A DNA stretch of 56,024 nucleotides from Coriobacteriales bacterium. GTDB taxonomy: Bacteria; Actinomycetota; Coriobacteriia; Coriobacteriales; UBA8131. A program made the position numbers and the translations under genes. Position 1 is the stretch's first letter. Each line of letters opens with the position of its first letter. The notes under the pieces are model-generated. The model made no database searches. It saw only the letters and a program-made list of their open reading frames with translations, and had not been told where the DNA came from. The stretch lies in the NCBI GenBank assembly GCA_031263025.1, contig JAISGO010000046.1, positions 1 to 56,024 on the forward strand, written 5' to 3'. This document shows, piece after piece, positions 45,687-54,912 of the stretch.

Positions 45687-46508
45687 ATGTTCACCTCAGA
45701 TACCCATATGCACACCCTTTATTCCCATCATGGCGAGGGCACGGTCGACCAGCTGTGTCGGAGCGCCCTAGCCAAGGGTTTTGATTTAATCGCGATTACC
45801 GAGCATCTGACCTTGCCCGATTTCGAGGATCCTGAGCGTCATTACAGCATGGCGCCAGAAGAACAACCGATTTATATCGAACAGATCGAGGAGGCGCGTG
45901 CGCTTTATCCCCGATTACGTATCCTCTGTGGCTGTGAGGTCGACTGGCGCCAAGGTGAGGCTGCCCTACAATGGATCGATCAATGGTCAGAACCTTTCCA
46001 GATCAAGCTAGGTTCTGTGCACATGGTGCCAGACGACAAGGGCAACAGCCGACCTTTTGACAGCCCCGGCAATCCCGAGGTCTGGCAGGAGCTTGGCCCT
46101 GATGAGGTCTGGCGGCGTTATTTCCGGCTTTGGCAGGATGCGGCGGCCAGCCACCGCTTTGACATCATGAGCCATCCTGACTTACCCAAGAAGCTTGGCT
46201 TCTATCCCTCTTTCGACTTAGGCCCCTATTATCAGCAGATGGCGCAGACGGCCGCAGCAGCCGACGTCTTAGTCGAGGTCAACACCTCTGGACTGCGCTA
46301 TAAAGTGGGGGAGATGTATCCAAATCCCGAGCTGTTGCGCGAGTTCAACCAGGCCGGCGTCGGCTGCGCGATTGGCTCGGACGCGCATGACCCGGCCCTG
46401 GTCGGCGCTGACTTCGACAAAGGCTACCAGCTCCTGCGCGATTGCGGTTACCGCGAGATCACCGTCCCGCTCGGCGGTGGCGAGCGCAAACACATCGCGC
46501 TGGGCTAA
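45687..46508 (+). CDS. PHP-family histidinol-phosphatase (HisJ/HisK type)
   Basis: Motifs DTHMHTLYSHHGEG, ITEH, GSVH and GSDAH. Confidence 0.8.
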   Translation: MFTSDTHMHTLYSHHGEGTVDQLCRSALAKGFDLIAITEHLTLPDFEDPERHYSMAPEEQPIYIEQIEEARALYPRLRILCGCEVDWRQGEAALQWIDQWSEPFQIKLGSVHMVPDDKGNSRPFDSPGNPEVWQELGPDEVWRRYFRLWQDAAASHRFDIMSHPDLPKKLGFYPSFDLGPYYQQMAQTAAAADVLVEVNTSGLRYKVGEMYPNPELLREFNQAGVGCAIGSDAHDPALVGADFDKGYQLLRDCGYREITVPLGGGERKHIALG

Positions 46509-46515
46509 GGCTGTG

Positions 46516-46589
46516 CGAGGACACTTGAAATGGCCTTTGAGCGACACTCGCATTCGTGAGCAGAAACTGGGCGGTTTTAAGTGTCCTCG
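46516..46589. repeat. Inverted repeat with 15-nt arms (46516-46530 / 46575-46589); the arm sequence also occurs at 7725-7739
   Basis: cgaggacacttgaaa compared with the reverse complement of ttttaagtgtcctcg (1 mismatch). cgaggacacttaaaa is present exactly at 7725-7739. Confidence 0.8.
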
Positions 46590-46688
46590 AAGCTAGAGGT
46601 AGGTCGGTGGCTGAGGTGTTGGTTTTGTTGATATGCCCCCCTGTTGCCCTTTCCTTTGATACACTATAAGCCGAAAGAAAGAGGCAAG

Positions 46689-47492
46689 ATGCATTTCACG
46701 AAGATACAGGCGACCGGTAACGATTTCATCATGGTCGAGGACTGGGCGGGGGCGCTCGAGCTCGCGTCGGAGCAGGTGGCGCGGCTGTGTGACCGTCACT
46801 TCGGGATCGGCGCCGACGGGATCATCCAGTTGCGCACCCCGGCGAGCGGCGGGGCGGCGGCCTATATGCACTACATCAACGCTGATGGCAGCCTGGCCGA
46901 GATGTGCGGCAACGGCGTGCGTGCGGTCGGGCGTTACCTGGTCGCGCAGGGGCGGATCGAAGAGCTGCCGGGTGGGGCCGAGTTTGCGGTCGAGACCCTG
47001 GGTGGCCTAAAGGAGTTGGTCTACGATGCAGCAGCAGCGGACGGCGCGGGTGCTTTCAGTGTCAACATGGGCAAGCCGGAGCTGCTTGGCACCAAACAGG
47101 TCGAGGACCTGCAGTTGGCGGCGGTGAAGATGCCCAACCCTCATGCAGTGGCTCTGGTCGAGGACTTCGACTTCGACCTCGCCCAAGTCGGGCGCATCGT
47201 GGAGAACGCGACCGCGGTCTTCCCGGAGAAGACCAACGTGGAGTTCGTGCAGGTCCAAAATCCGCTGATGTTGAAGATGCGGGTCTGGGAGCGCGGCGTG
47301 GGGGAGACCCTGAGCTGCGGAACAGGCGCCTGCGCGGCGGTTGTGGCCTGCGCGTCGGCTAAACTCGCCGAGCGTAAGGTGGAAGTCGAAGTTGCCGGCG
47401 GTAAACTCCAGATAGAATGGCAAGCCGACGACACGGTCAGCCTCTCCGGCCCAGCTGAGATCGTCTATGAAGGTGAGATCGAGGTTGCATGA
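46689..47492 (+). CDS. dapF: Diaminopimelate epimerase
   Basis: From the ATG at 46689: MHFTKIQATGNDFIMVED. Motifs MCGNGVR and SCGTGACA (the two catalytic Cys). Confidence 0.9.
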   Translation: MHFTKIQATGNDFIMVEDWAGALELASEQVARLCDRHFGIGADGIIQLRTPASGGAAAYMHYINADGSLAEMCGNGVRAVGRYLVAQGRIEELPGGAEFAVETLGGLKELVYDAAAADGAGAFSVNMGKPELLGTKQVEDLQLAAVKMPNPHAVALVEDFDFDLAQVGRIVENATAVFPEKTNVEFVQVQNPLMLKMRVWERGVGETLSCGTGACAAVVACASAKLAERKVEVEVAGGKLQIEWQADDTVSLSGPAEIVYEGEIEVA

Positions 47493-49030
47493 TGACGCAA
47501 AAGCAAGATGACAATAGTACGAAAAGCCAGGCCATCCAGACCGCACCGGTGGTGATCGACGACCCGATCGAGGTGCGTAAGAACAAGCGCCTCGCCCTGC
47601 TCGAAAGCGGCGAGCTGCCTTATAAGTTCAAGTTCGACGCTGACGCCACTATTTTTGAGATTCGTGAGCGCTATCAGGATTTGGAGAACGAAGAGGGGTC
47701 CGGTGACCAGCTCAGGCTGCGCGGACGGGTGATGTCGATCCGCGGTCAGGGCAAGTTGCAGTTCCTCACCCTGCGCGACGCCAGCGGTGAGATCCAGGTC
47801 TTCTGTCGCGTGAACGATGTCGACGAGGCCAGCTGGGCCACCATCAAGAGCCTCGATATCGGCGATTTCATCGGTGTATGCGGCGAGATCACTCGTACTC
47901 GGCGCGGCGAGCTTTCGATCGCCCCAGGCGAGGTGACGCTGCTGACCAAGGCGCTGCGGCCGCTGCCGGAGAAGTTCCACGGCCTGGCCGACAAGGAGAC
48001 CCGCTATCGCCAGCGTTACGTCGACCTGGTGATGAACCCAGAAGTCGCCGACACCTTCCGCAAGCGCTCGCGCATCCTTTCCAGCATCCGCCACACCGCC
48101 GAGGACGATGGCTTCATGGAGGTGGAGACGCCGATGCTGCACCCGATCCCCGGCGGCGCCAACGCCCGCCCCTTCATCACCCACCACAACGCCCTCGACA
48201 CCGACTTCTACTTGCGGGTCGCGCCGGAGCTGAATCTGAAGCGTCTGCTGGTCGGCGGTTTCGAGCGGGTCTTCGAGCTCAACCGCTGCTTCCGCAACGA
48301 AGGCATGGACCATTATCACAACCCTGAGTTCACCACCTTCGAGGCCTACCAGGCCTACACCGACCTCTACGGCATCGCTGACCTGACCAAGCGGGTGATC
48401 CAGGCGGCCTGCCTGGCGGTGCAGGACAGTCTGCAGATCAGCTACCAGGGGCGGGCCATCGACCTGTCCGGCGACTGGCCCTTCCGGCCGATGGCGGAGC
48501 TGGCGACTGAGGCGGCGGGGGAGCAGGTCGACTTCGACCGCAGCCTGGAGGATCTGCGCGCCCTGGCTGAGAAGTCAGGCGCTCGGGTCTTGCCGTCTTA
48601 TGGTAAAGGCAAACTGATCAATCTGATCTATGACCAGCTGGTCGAGGAGCATCTGATCGCGCCGACCTTCGTGGTCGAGCATCCGCTGGAAACTTCGCCT
48701 CTGGCCAAGAAGCATCGCAGCAAGGCCAACGTGGTCGAGCGCTTCGAGCTGATCATCGCCGGGCATGAGTACGGCAACGGTTTCTCCGAGCTGAACGACC
48801 CAGTCGACCAGAAGGAACGCTTCGAGGCCGAACAGGCCGCCCAGGCCGCCGGCGACGTCGAGGCGATGGGCTATGATGCCGACTACGTGCGCGCACTTGA
48901 GTACGGCATGCCGCCGGCTGGCGGTGTCGGCATCGGCATCGACCGCCTGGTCATGCTGCTTACTGACAGCGAGTCAATCCGGGACGTCTTGCTCTTTCCC
49001 CACATGCGGGCTGAGAGACAGGAAGTTTAG
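47489..49030 (+). CDS. lysS: Lysine--tRNA ligase (class II)
   Basis: OB anticodon-binding domain, FMEVETPML, and class II motifs ending GGVGIGIDRLVMLLT. Confidence 0.95.
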   Translation: MMTQKQDDNSTKSQAIQTAPVVIDDPIEVRKNKRLALLESGELPYKFKFDADATIFEIRERYQDLENEEGSGDQLRLRGRVMSIRGQGKLQFLTLRDASGEIQVFCRVNDVDEASWATIKSLDIGDFIGVCGEITRTRRGELSIAPGEVTLLTKALRPLPEKFHGLADKETRYRQRYVDLVMNPEVADTFRKRSRILSSIRHTAEDDGFMEVETPMLHPIPGGANARPFITHHNALDTDFYLRVAPELNLKRLLVGGFERVFELNRCFRNEGMDHYHNPEFTTFEAYQAYTDLYGIADLTKRVIQAACLAVQDSLQISYQGRAIDLSGDWPFRPMAELATEAAGEQVDFDRSLEDLRALAEKSGARVLPSYGKGKLINLIYDQLVEEHLIAPTFVVEHPLETSPLAKKHRSKANVVERFELIIAGHEYGNGFSELNDPVDQKERFEAEQAAQAAGDVEAMGYDADYVRALEYGMPPAGGVGIGIDRLVMLLTDSESIRDVLLFPHMRAERQEV

Positions 49031-49031
49031 T

Positions 49032-49140
49032 GCATAAAAGTCACTATTCGGTCGAGTTCGCGTCTGTCCGGTCGCTCGATACCGCTAGGTAACTTCGCGC
49101 CCGGCCAGACGCGAACTCGACTTGAATATCGACTTTATGC
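49032..49140. repeat. 109-nt imperfect palindrome after lysS; the interior shares blocks with the 53.5-53.7 kb repeats
   Basis: gcataaaagtc...gactttatgc outer arms. Perfect 15-bp inner arms tcgagttcgcgtctg (49052-49066) and cagacgcgaactcga (49106-49120). ctcgataccgct-aggtaacttcg (49075-49097) recurs at 53588-53612. Confidence 0.85.
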
Positions 49141-49296
49141 CGACTCTAAAGAAAGCGGAGGAAGAAAAGCAAGAGTTTCCCCAGATGCGCGTACCTCCGC
49201 GTCTGAGGGCGTCCCTTGCTATAAGGTATACAGGTTTTCCGTGCCAGTTGGATTTGCTCGTAACTGAATCGTCAAAACATTTTCCCGCTAGGAATC

Positions 49297-49302
49297 TATA
49301 AT
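49297..49302 (+). promoter_or_regulatory. Candidate -10 (TATAAT) for clpC
   Basis: Lies about 40 nt upstream of the clpC ATG. The SD-like AAAAGGGG follows. Confidence 0.3.
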
Positions 49303-49341
49303 AAAGGCACTTAGATTTAGCAATCCGAAAAGGGGCATTGC

Positions 49342-51954
49342 ATGGCATTCGATAGATTCACCGACAAGGCGCGCAACGTGCTCTCCACCGCCCAGGCCGA
49401 GGCCAAAGAGCTGGAGCAGGTCTATGTTGGCACCGAGCACATCTTACTTGGCCTGCTCAAAGAAGAAGACGGAATCGCTGCCGAGGCCCTGTCTGAACTC
49501 AGGGTCAGTTTCGATGAGGTCAGGTTCCAGATCCAAAATAAGACCACGGCTTCGCCCGATTTCGATCCTGAGCAGCACTTGAGTTTCACTCCGCGGGTTA
49601 AGAAGGTTTTGGAGCTGGCCCTGCGTGAGACCATGCACTTAGGCCAGAACTACATCTCCACCGAGCATATCCTGCTTGGGATGATCGGTGAAGGCGGCGG
49701 CAAGGGCATCAAGATCCTAGAATCGATGGGCATCGACCTTGACCTTTTGCGTAAGACGGTCATGAGCAAGATGAAGAAACAGCCGGTGATGGCAGGCGAC
49801 ATCCCGAGTGAGCCACATAAGTCGGGCGATACCAAGGTGCTTGAGGAATTCGGCACCAACTTGACCGATAAGGCCAAGAAAGGTGAGCTTGACCCGGTGG
49901 TGGGGCGCGAACATGAGATCGAAAGGGTGATGCAGATCCTGGCCCGACGTACCAAGAACAACCCTCTGCTCCTCGGGGATCCGGGGGTCGGTAAGACCGC
50001 TATTGCCGAGGGCCTGGCCGAGCTGATCGCTGGCGACCAAGTACCGGATATCCTGCGCGGCAAGGATTTGATCACCTTGGATGTCTCGGCGATGGTGGCC
50101 GGATCGCGTTACCGGGGCGATTTCGAGGAGCGGGTCAAGGACGTGCTGAAGGCGGTCAAACAAGCCGAAGGCCAGGTCATCCTCTTTATTGATGAGATTC
50201 ACACCCTAATCGGCGCAGGCAGCGCCGAAGGCACCATGGATGCCGCATCAATCCTGAAACCCCCTCTGTCCCGGGGTGAGATCCAGGTGATTGGCGCGAC
50301 CACGACCGACGAATACCACAAGCACCTTGAAAAAGACGCCGCCCTTGAGCGTCGTTTCCAGCCGGTGATGATCGAGGAGCCTTCTAAAGAGGAGACCTTG
50401 GAGATCCTTGAGGGGCTTAAGGATAAGTACGAGACCCATCATCGGGTGCGTTTCTCGGAGGAGGCGCTGGCGGCGGCGGTCGACCTGTCTGACCGCTACG
50501 TACAGGACCGTTTTTTGCCAGACAAGGCCATCGACGTAATCGATGAGGCAGGCGCACGCATGCGCATCCGCAATATGACCTTGCCGCCAGACGTGCACAA
50601 GCTTGATGAGAAGTTGGCCAAACTGCGCACTCGCAAAGACGAGGCGGTGGCCAAGGAGGAATTCGAGAAAGCCTCCAAACTGCGTGAGCAGGAAAAAGAC
50701 CTAGTAGCTGAACGCAAGCAGCTTGAAGACAAATGGATGAACGAGACTGAGAAGGAGTTCGTTACCGTCACTCCGAATGAGATCGCCGAGGTGGTCTCAA
50801 TGTCCACTGGGGTGCCAGTCTCCAACCTGACCGAGGCTGAGACCGATAAGCTCTTGCGGATGGAGAAGGTCCTGCATGAGCGGGTAGTCGGCCAAGAGGA
50901 GGCGGTGACGGCGGTAGCCAAGGCGATCCGACGGGCCCGTGCCGGCTTAAAGGATCCCAAGCGCCCAGCCGGCTCATTCATCTTCCTCGGTCCCTCTGGC
51001 GTCGGTAAGACCGAGCTTTCCAAGGCTCTGGCGGAGTTCTTGTTTAATTCCGAAGACGCTCTGATCTCCTTTGACATGAGCGAATACATGGAAAAGCATA
51101 CAGTGTCACGCCTGGTCGGCTCGCCTCCGGGTTATGTCGGCTACGATGAGGGCGGCCAGCTCACCAAAGCCGTGCGCCAGAAGCCCTATTCGGTGGTCTT
51201 GTTCGATGAGATCGAGAAGGCTCATCCGGATGTCTTCAATATCCTCCTGCAGATCCTCGAAGAGGGCCGTCTTACCGACGGCCAAGGCCGTAAGGTTGAC
51301 TTCCGCAACACCGTTATCATCATGACCTCCAACATCGGCGCACGCGAGATCGCCCAGGAGGCGCCGATCGGCTTTGGCGGTGGCGGAGGCCGGGGTATGT
51401 CCGACGACGAGATCAACACCCGGGTGAAAGCCGACTTGAAAAAGACCTTCCGTCCAGAGTTCCTCAACCGGGTCGATGAGGTCATCGTCTTCAAGTCGCT
51501 TACCGATGAGCAGATTGCCCAGATCGTGGAGTTGATGGTCGCTGAGCTGCGCGAGCGTCTGATCGCCCAGGGTATGTCGATAGAGCTGAGCGATGCGGCC
51601 CGCCTCCATATCGCCCGTCAGGGCACCGATACGACCTATGGGGCACGTCCCCTGCGTCGGGCGATTCAGCGTTTGATTGAGGATCCCGTCTCTGAGCAGG
51701 TACTTGAGGGCAAATGCGGGGAAGGCGACGTAATCAAGGTCGATTACGATAAAAAGGCGGATAAGCTGACCTTCAAAGCTGCCCCCGGCAAGATCCCAGA
51801 GCCACGCAAGAAAGAGAGCTTGGCCAAGCGTGAGGAGTTGGTCTCAGCGGTCTTCAAAGGCGGTAAAAACCGGGTAATATACAGCGAGGGGTCTTCTGTC
51901 CCTGGTACCGATGCGAAGGGCGCGAGCTCAGATGGACAATCCAGCGCCGTCTAA
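49342..51954 (+). CDS. clpC: ATP-dependent Clp protease ATP-binding subunit ClpC
   Basis: Two Clp_N repeats, two AAA+ modules ([18 protein letters not shown]) and a UVR-like linker motif. 870 aa. Confidence 0.95.
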   Translation: MAFDRFTDKARNVLSTAQAEAKELEQVYVGTEHILLGLLKEEDGIAAEALSELRVSFDEVRFQIQNKTTASPDFDPEQHLSFTPRVKKVLELALRETMHLGQNYISTEHILLGMIGEGGGKGIKILESMGIDLDLLRKTVMSKMKKQPVMAGDIPSEPHKSGDTKVLEEFGTNLTDKAKKGELDPVVGREHEIERVMQILARRTKNNPLLLGDPGVGKTAIAEGLAELIAGDQVPDILRGKDLITLDVSAMVAGSRYRGDFEERVKDVLKAVKQAEGQVILFIDEIHTLIGAGSAEGTMDAASILKPPLSRGEIQVIGATTTDEYHKHLEKDAALERRFQPVMIEEPSKEETLEILEGLKDKYETHHRVRFSEEALAAAVDLSDRYVQDRFLPDKAIDVIDEAGARMRIRNMTLPPDVHKLDEKLAKLRTRKDEAVAKEEFEKASKLREQEKDLVAERKQLEDKWMNETEKEFVTVTPNEIAEVVSMSTGVPVSNLTEAETDKLLRMEKVLHERVVGQEEAVTAVAKAIRRARAGLKDPKRPAGSFIFLGPSGVGKTELSKALAEFLFNSEDALISFDMSEYMEKHTVSRLVGSPPGYVGYDEGGQLTKAVRQKPYSVVLFDEIEKAHPDVFNILLQILEEGRLTDGQGRKVDFRNTVIIMTSNIGAREIAQEAPIGFGGGGGRGMSDDEINTRVKADLKKTFRPEFLNRVDEVIVFKSLTDEQIAQIVELMVAELRERLIAQGMSIELSDAARLHIARQGTDTTYGARPLRRAIQRLIEDPVSEQVLEGKCGEGDVIKVDYDKKADKLTFKAAPGKIPEPRKKESLAKREELVSAVFKGGKNRVIYSEGSSVPGTDAKGASSDGQSSAV

Positions 51955-52828
51955 GGTAGGCGGTTATTTTAAAGCGACTGATGAGATAGACCCGGTTTAC
52001 GGGCCCCAGGTACTGGAGCGCCCTCGGGTGCTTGATGCACGGGAGCGCCGCCACGGCATCTCCCCTGCGGCCCTTGAACTTGAGGGCCAGGTCGCCAAAC
52101 ACCCTAAGACCTGTGCGGTGATCCTGGCCGGTGGGGTCGGGGAGCGTTTCGGCAGCGACCAGGGCAAACAACTCTACGAGGTCTGCGGCAAACCACTTCT
52201 GACTTGGAGCGCCGAGGTTTTCGATAGCGTGGCTGACGTCGGTCAGATCGTGATCGTCTGTCCGCCTGAACGCCGCCAGGAATACTGCCAGCAAGCGATT
52301 GACCGCTTCCCCTTTGTCACTCCGGTCAGTTTCGCCGACGCCGGACAGGTGCGTCAGCAGTCTTCCTATGCCGGAGTACAGGCGGTGCCGGAGCAGTTCG
52401 AGCTAATCGCCCTGCATGATGGCGCACGGCCTTTGATTTCGGCCGATTTGGTCAAAGTGGTGATCGATACGGTCAAGGGCGACATCGATATCGACGGCGC
52501 GGTGATCGGCTATCCGGCGATTGACACTCTCAAGCTGGTCGACCGGGAACGCAATATCATCGGTACGCCAGATCGCAGCCAGTTATGGTTGGCTCAGACT
52601 CCACAAGTGTTTAGGGCAGCGGTGATCCGCGAAGCCCACCAACTAGCCCTAAGCGATGGTTTCATCGCCACTGACGACGCCACCTTGGTTGAGCGGATCG
52701 GCGGCCGGCTCTCTTTTGTGGTCGGCCCGCGCGACAATATCAAGTTGACCATGCCCGAGGATTTGACTGCTATCCAGGCTGGCCTCAAACGCAGACTCGG
52801 TCAAAGCTCTAAGCAGAGGGTGGGCTAG
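51932..52828 (+). CDS. ispD: 2-C-methyl-D-erythritol 4-phosphate cytidylyltransferase
   Basis: AVILAGGVGERFG and an IspD-like body. The start is uncertain (ATG 51911, ATG 51932 or GTG ~52027). The N-terminal extension overlaps the clpC end. Confidence 0.85.
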   Translation: MDNPAPSKVGGYFKATDEIDPVYGPQVLERPRVLDARERRHGISPAALELEGQVAKHPKTCAVILAGGVGERFGSDQGKQLYEVCGKPLLTWSAEVFDSVADVGQIVIVCPPERRQEYCQQAIDRFPFVTPVSFADAGQVRQQSSYAGVQAVPEQFELIALHDGARPLISADLVKVVIDTVKGDIDIDGAVIGYPAIDTLKLVDRERNIIGTPDRSQLWLAQTPQVFRAAVIREAHQLALSDGFIATDDATLVERIGGRLSFVVGPRDNIKLTMPEDLTAIQAGLKRRLGQSSKQRVG

Positions 52829-52829
52829 G

Positions 52830-53303
52830 ATGCATATCGGTTTTGGCTATGACGTGCACGCCTTAGGGCGAGGCCGTGAGCTGGTGCTTGGTGGCGTGCG
52901 AATCCCCTATCCCTATGGCTTGATCGGGCATAGCGACGCTGATGTGCTCAGCCATGCCGTGATGGACGCGATCCTGGGGGCGGCGCGTAAGGGTGACATC
53001 GGAGAGCTCTTCCCAGACGACGACCCACGCTATGCCGGAGCGGATTCAATCGAGCTGTTGCGTAGTGTGCGCGCGCTTGTACCCGGCGATCTTGACCTGG
53101 ATTGTGTGGTGGTTTGTCAGCAACCAAAACTTGCGCCTTATCGCAAGGCGATGCGCGAACGCCTTGCCGAAGCCCTCGGAATGCCTCTCCAAGCGGTTGG
53201 GATTAAGGCTACTACCAGCGAGAAGCTCGGTTTTACGGGACGCGGTGAGGGTATTGCCGCCTATGCGGTATGTCTCTTAAAAAATCCTGAAACTCGCATT
53301 TGA
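52830..53303 (+). CDS. ispF: 2-C-methyl-D-erythritol 2,4-cyclodiphosphate synthase
   Basis: Motifs IGFGYDVHAL and HSDADVLSHA. 157 aa. Confidence 0.95.
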   Translation: MHIGFGYDVHALGRGRELVLGGVRIPYPYGLIGHSDADVLSHAVMDAILGAARKGDIGELFPDDDPRYAGADSIELLRSVRALVPGDLDLDCVVVCQQPKLAPYRKAMRERLAEALGMPLQAVGIKATTSEKLGFTGRGEGIAAYAVCLLKNPETRI

Positions 53304-53332
53304 TTTTCGCAACAAATTTGATTTTCATAACA
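53298..53332. repeat. Tandem 17-18-nt direct repeat (atttgattttcgcaaca / aatttgattttcataaca)
   Basis: Read directly. It starts inside the last codons of ispF and ends about 18 nt before a TATACT hexamer. Confidence 0.7.
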
Positions 53333-53362
53333 ATTTCAGGATTACCGTGCTATACTATCACC

Positions 53363-53505
53363 GTCTTCTGAAACGTAGCCCTTGAAATACAGGGAGTAGG
53401 AAGGTTGTTCGGACGGCAAGGGCAGCCTCAAGGCTGTTATAATTACCGCGAAGTAAAATTCGCAGTTCAGCTCTTCCCTCTCCTCCCTGAAGAGTTTGAA
53501 TTTTC
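53363..53505 (+). ncRNA. Candidate small RNA with a CU-rich (anti-SD-like) terminal loop
   Basis: TATACT at 53351-53356. Several short hairpins: ccgtc..gacgg, cagcc-tcaa-ggctg, gcgaa-gtaaaa-ttcgc. Terminal hairpin ctcttc (53471-76) / gaagag (53489-94) with the loop cctctcctccct, followed by tttgaatttt. No family assignment. Confidence 0.25.
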
Positions 53506-53546
53506 CCTAACCCCCTCCCTAAAGCAGAGCCTGCCCTACCGCCTTC

Positions 53547-53654
53547 CTTTTCTTGTTTATTTGGCACATTCGGGCTTCGCGTCAGCCCTCGATACCGCTT
53601 AAGGTAACTTCGGTCTGCCGCTCAGCCAGACTGCACTCAAATAAACAAGAAAAG
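53547..53654. repeat. Perfect 16-bp inverted repeat pair (53547-53562 / 53639-53654) flanking a repeat unit
   Basis: cttttcttgtttattt and aaataaacaagaaaag. Confidence 0.85.
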
Positions 53655-53702
53655 ACCATCTCCGAGATCGGCACATTCGGGCTTCGCGTCAGCCCTCGAT
53701 AC
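53563..53702. repeat. Identical 33-nt direct repeats (53563-53595 and 53670-53702), with a partial third copy at 53881-53890
   Basis: ggcacattcgggcttcgcgtcagccctcgatac occurs twice. ttggcacatt recurs at 53881. actcaaataa occurs at 53635 and 53851. Confidence 0.9.
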
Positions 53703-53727
53703 GACCAGACGCGACGGCTAGCAGAAG

Positions 53728-53812
53728 GCTCGCCTGCTCAGACAGGTTTCGCCGCAGTCGCGTTGACCTAAACGGCAATCAGAACGCGGCTGCAGAACTC
53801 GCATTCGAGCCC
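53728..53812. repeat. Intergenic repeat element, homologous to 39498-39585
   Basis: Same conserved end blocks and the same 65-nt internal spacing as the copy after uvrB. Confidence 0.8.
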
Positions 53813-53926
53813 TCTGCCAACCGTCGCTTGCTCTTGCTTGTCCCGACTGAACTCAAATAAGTGAAAAACCACTTCTGGCCTTGGCACATTTTGAGTCCCG
53901 CGCCTGTCTAAGGCACTCCTGTTTGC

Positions 53927-54241
53927 TTAAAGGGTGCGCAGGCGGGGTTTGCGGGGGCTCTTGTCGAAGGGTGAGAAGATCGTGCTCAGGCTCACCCCCA
54001 GCGCATCGCAGATGCGCTTGACGTTGGCGATTGAGGGGTTACGACGCCCCTGCTCGATGAAGCCGATATAAGCGCGGTGCAGGCCGACCAGGTCGGCCAG
54101 CTCGACTTGGGTCAGGTGGTGCTCTTTGCGCATCACCGACATCCGTTTGCCGAAGCTTCCAAGGAACTCCCGCTCAGTTTCTGAAGCCCGTACTTTGGGC
54201 ACGCGTGTGGCCGTCTTCGACCTTGTCTTGGCTGTTGGCAT
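53927..54241 (-). CDS. XRE-family helix-turn-helix transcriptional regulator
   Basis: LTQVELADLVGLHRAYIGFIEQGRRNPSIANVKRICDALGV. 104 aa. Confidence 0.8.
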   Translation of the reverse strand: MPTAKTRSKTATRVPKVRASETEREFLGSFGKRMSVMRKEHHLTQVELADLVGLHRAYIGFIEQGRRNPSIANVKRICDALGVSLSTIFSPFDKSPRKPRLRTL

Positions 54242-54444
54242 AATTACTCACTTTCCCTATAGCTGCAGTTTGCCAAAAATCCGAGTGCCTTGGCTCTGAC
54301 ATTATGTAGAAAAAGCCCAGTAAAACAAAGAAACTGAGAACAAACTGTGTTGGGAAAACACCGCACAAGTCCTTTTTGCCGTTTCGAATGGCCTTAGGCG
54401 ATAGGTTAGAATAACCTTATCCATTGCAACTCCAAGGAGATACT

Positions 54445-54912
54445 ATGTCTGTTTCAGACCAGCCTTTAGTTGGCATCATCATGGGCTCGGCCAGCGACGC
54501 CGAGGTGGTGCAGAAGGCCCAAGACCAGCTGGACGCTTTCGGGCTGCCCTATGAGGTAATCGTGGCCAGCGCCCATCGCAACCCCGATAAGGTACGCAGT
54601 TGGGCTGCGGCCCTGGCCGGGCGAGGGGTGAAGGTGGTGATTGCGGCGGCTGGTAAGGCAGCGGCCCTGCCTGGTGTGGTCGCAGGTTTTACCACCTTGC
54701 CGGTGATCGGGGTGCCGATCAAGACCAGTGACCTCGGCGGCCTTGACTCCCTACTTTCCATCGTCCAGATGCCGAGCGGGGTGCCGGTAGCCACCGTGGC
54801 GATCAACGGCGCTAAGAACGCGGCTATCCTGGCTTGTGAGATCATTGCTAGCGGCGATTCGGCTTATGCCGCCAAGATGCGGCAATACAAAGAGGACATG
54901 GCACATGCCTGA
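54445..54912 (+). CDS. purE: 5-(carboxyamino)imidazole ribonucleotide mutase (PurE-family)
   Basis: ATG at 54445 after AAGGAG. Motifs GIIMGSASD, SAHRNP and IVQMPSGVPVATVAI. Confidence 0.85.
   Translation: MSVSDQPLVGIIMGSASDAEVVQKAQDQLDAFGLPYEVIVASAHRNPDKVRSWAAALAGRGVKVVIAAAGKAAALPGVVAGFTTLPVIGVPIKTSDLGGLDSLLSIVQMPSGVPVATVAINGAKNAAILACEIIASGDSAYAAKMRQYKEDMAHA

Noticed and set aside
49141-49341. CtsR or ClgR operator upstream of clpC.
   Set aside because: Only a single GTCAAAA half-site is present at about 49271, with no tandem heptad repeat. No convincing ClgR-type palindrome could be read.
53358-53771. Three ORFs of 65-72 aa in the repeat-dense region after ispF.
   Set aside because: Their sequences are dictated by the repeats, the products are low-complexity, there are no SD sequences, and they overlap one another on both strands.
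53547-53900. Possible CRISPR array, suggested by identical 33-nt repeats.
   Set aside because: Only two full copies and one fragment are present. The spacing is irregular, the spacers are themselves repeated elsewhere in the window, and no cas genes are present.
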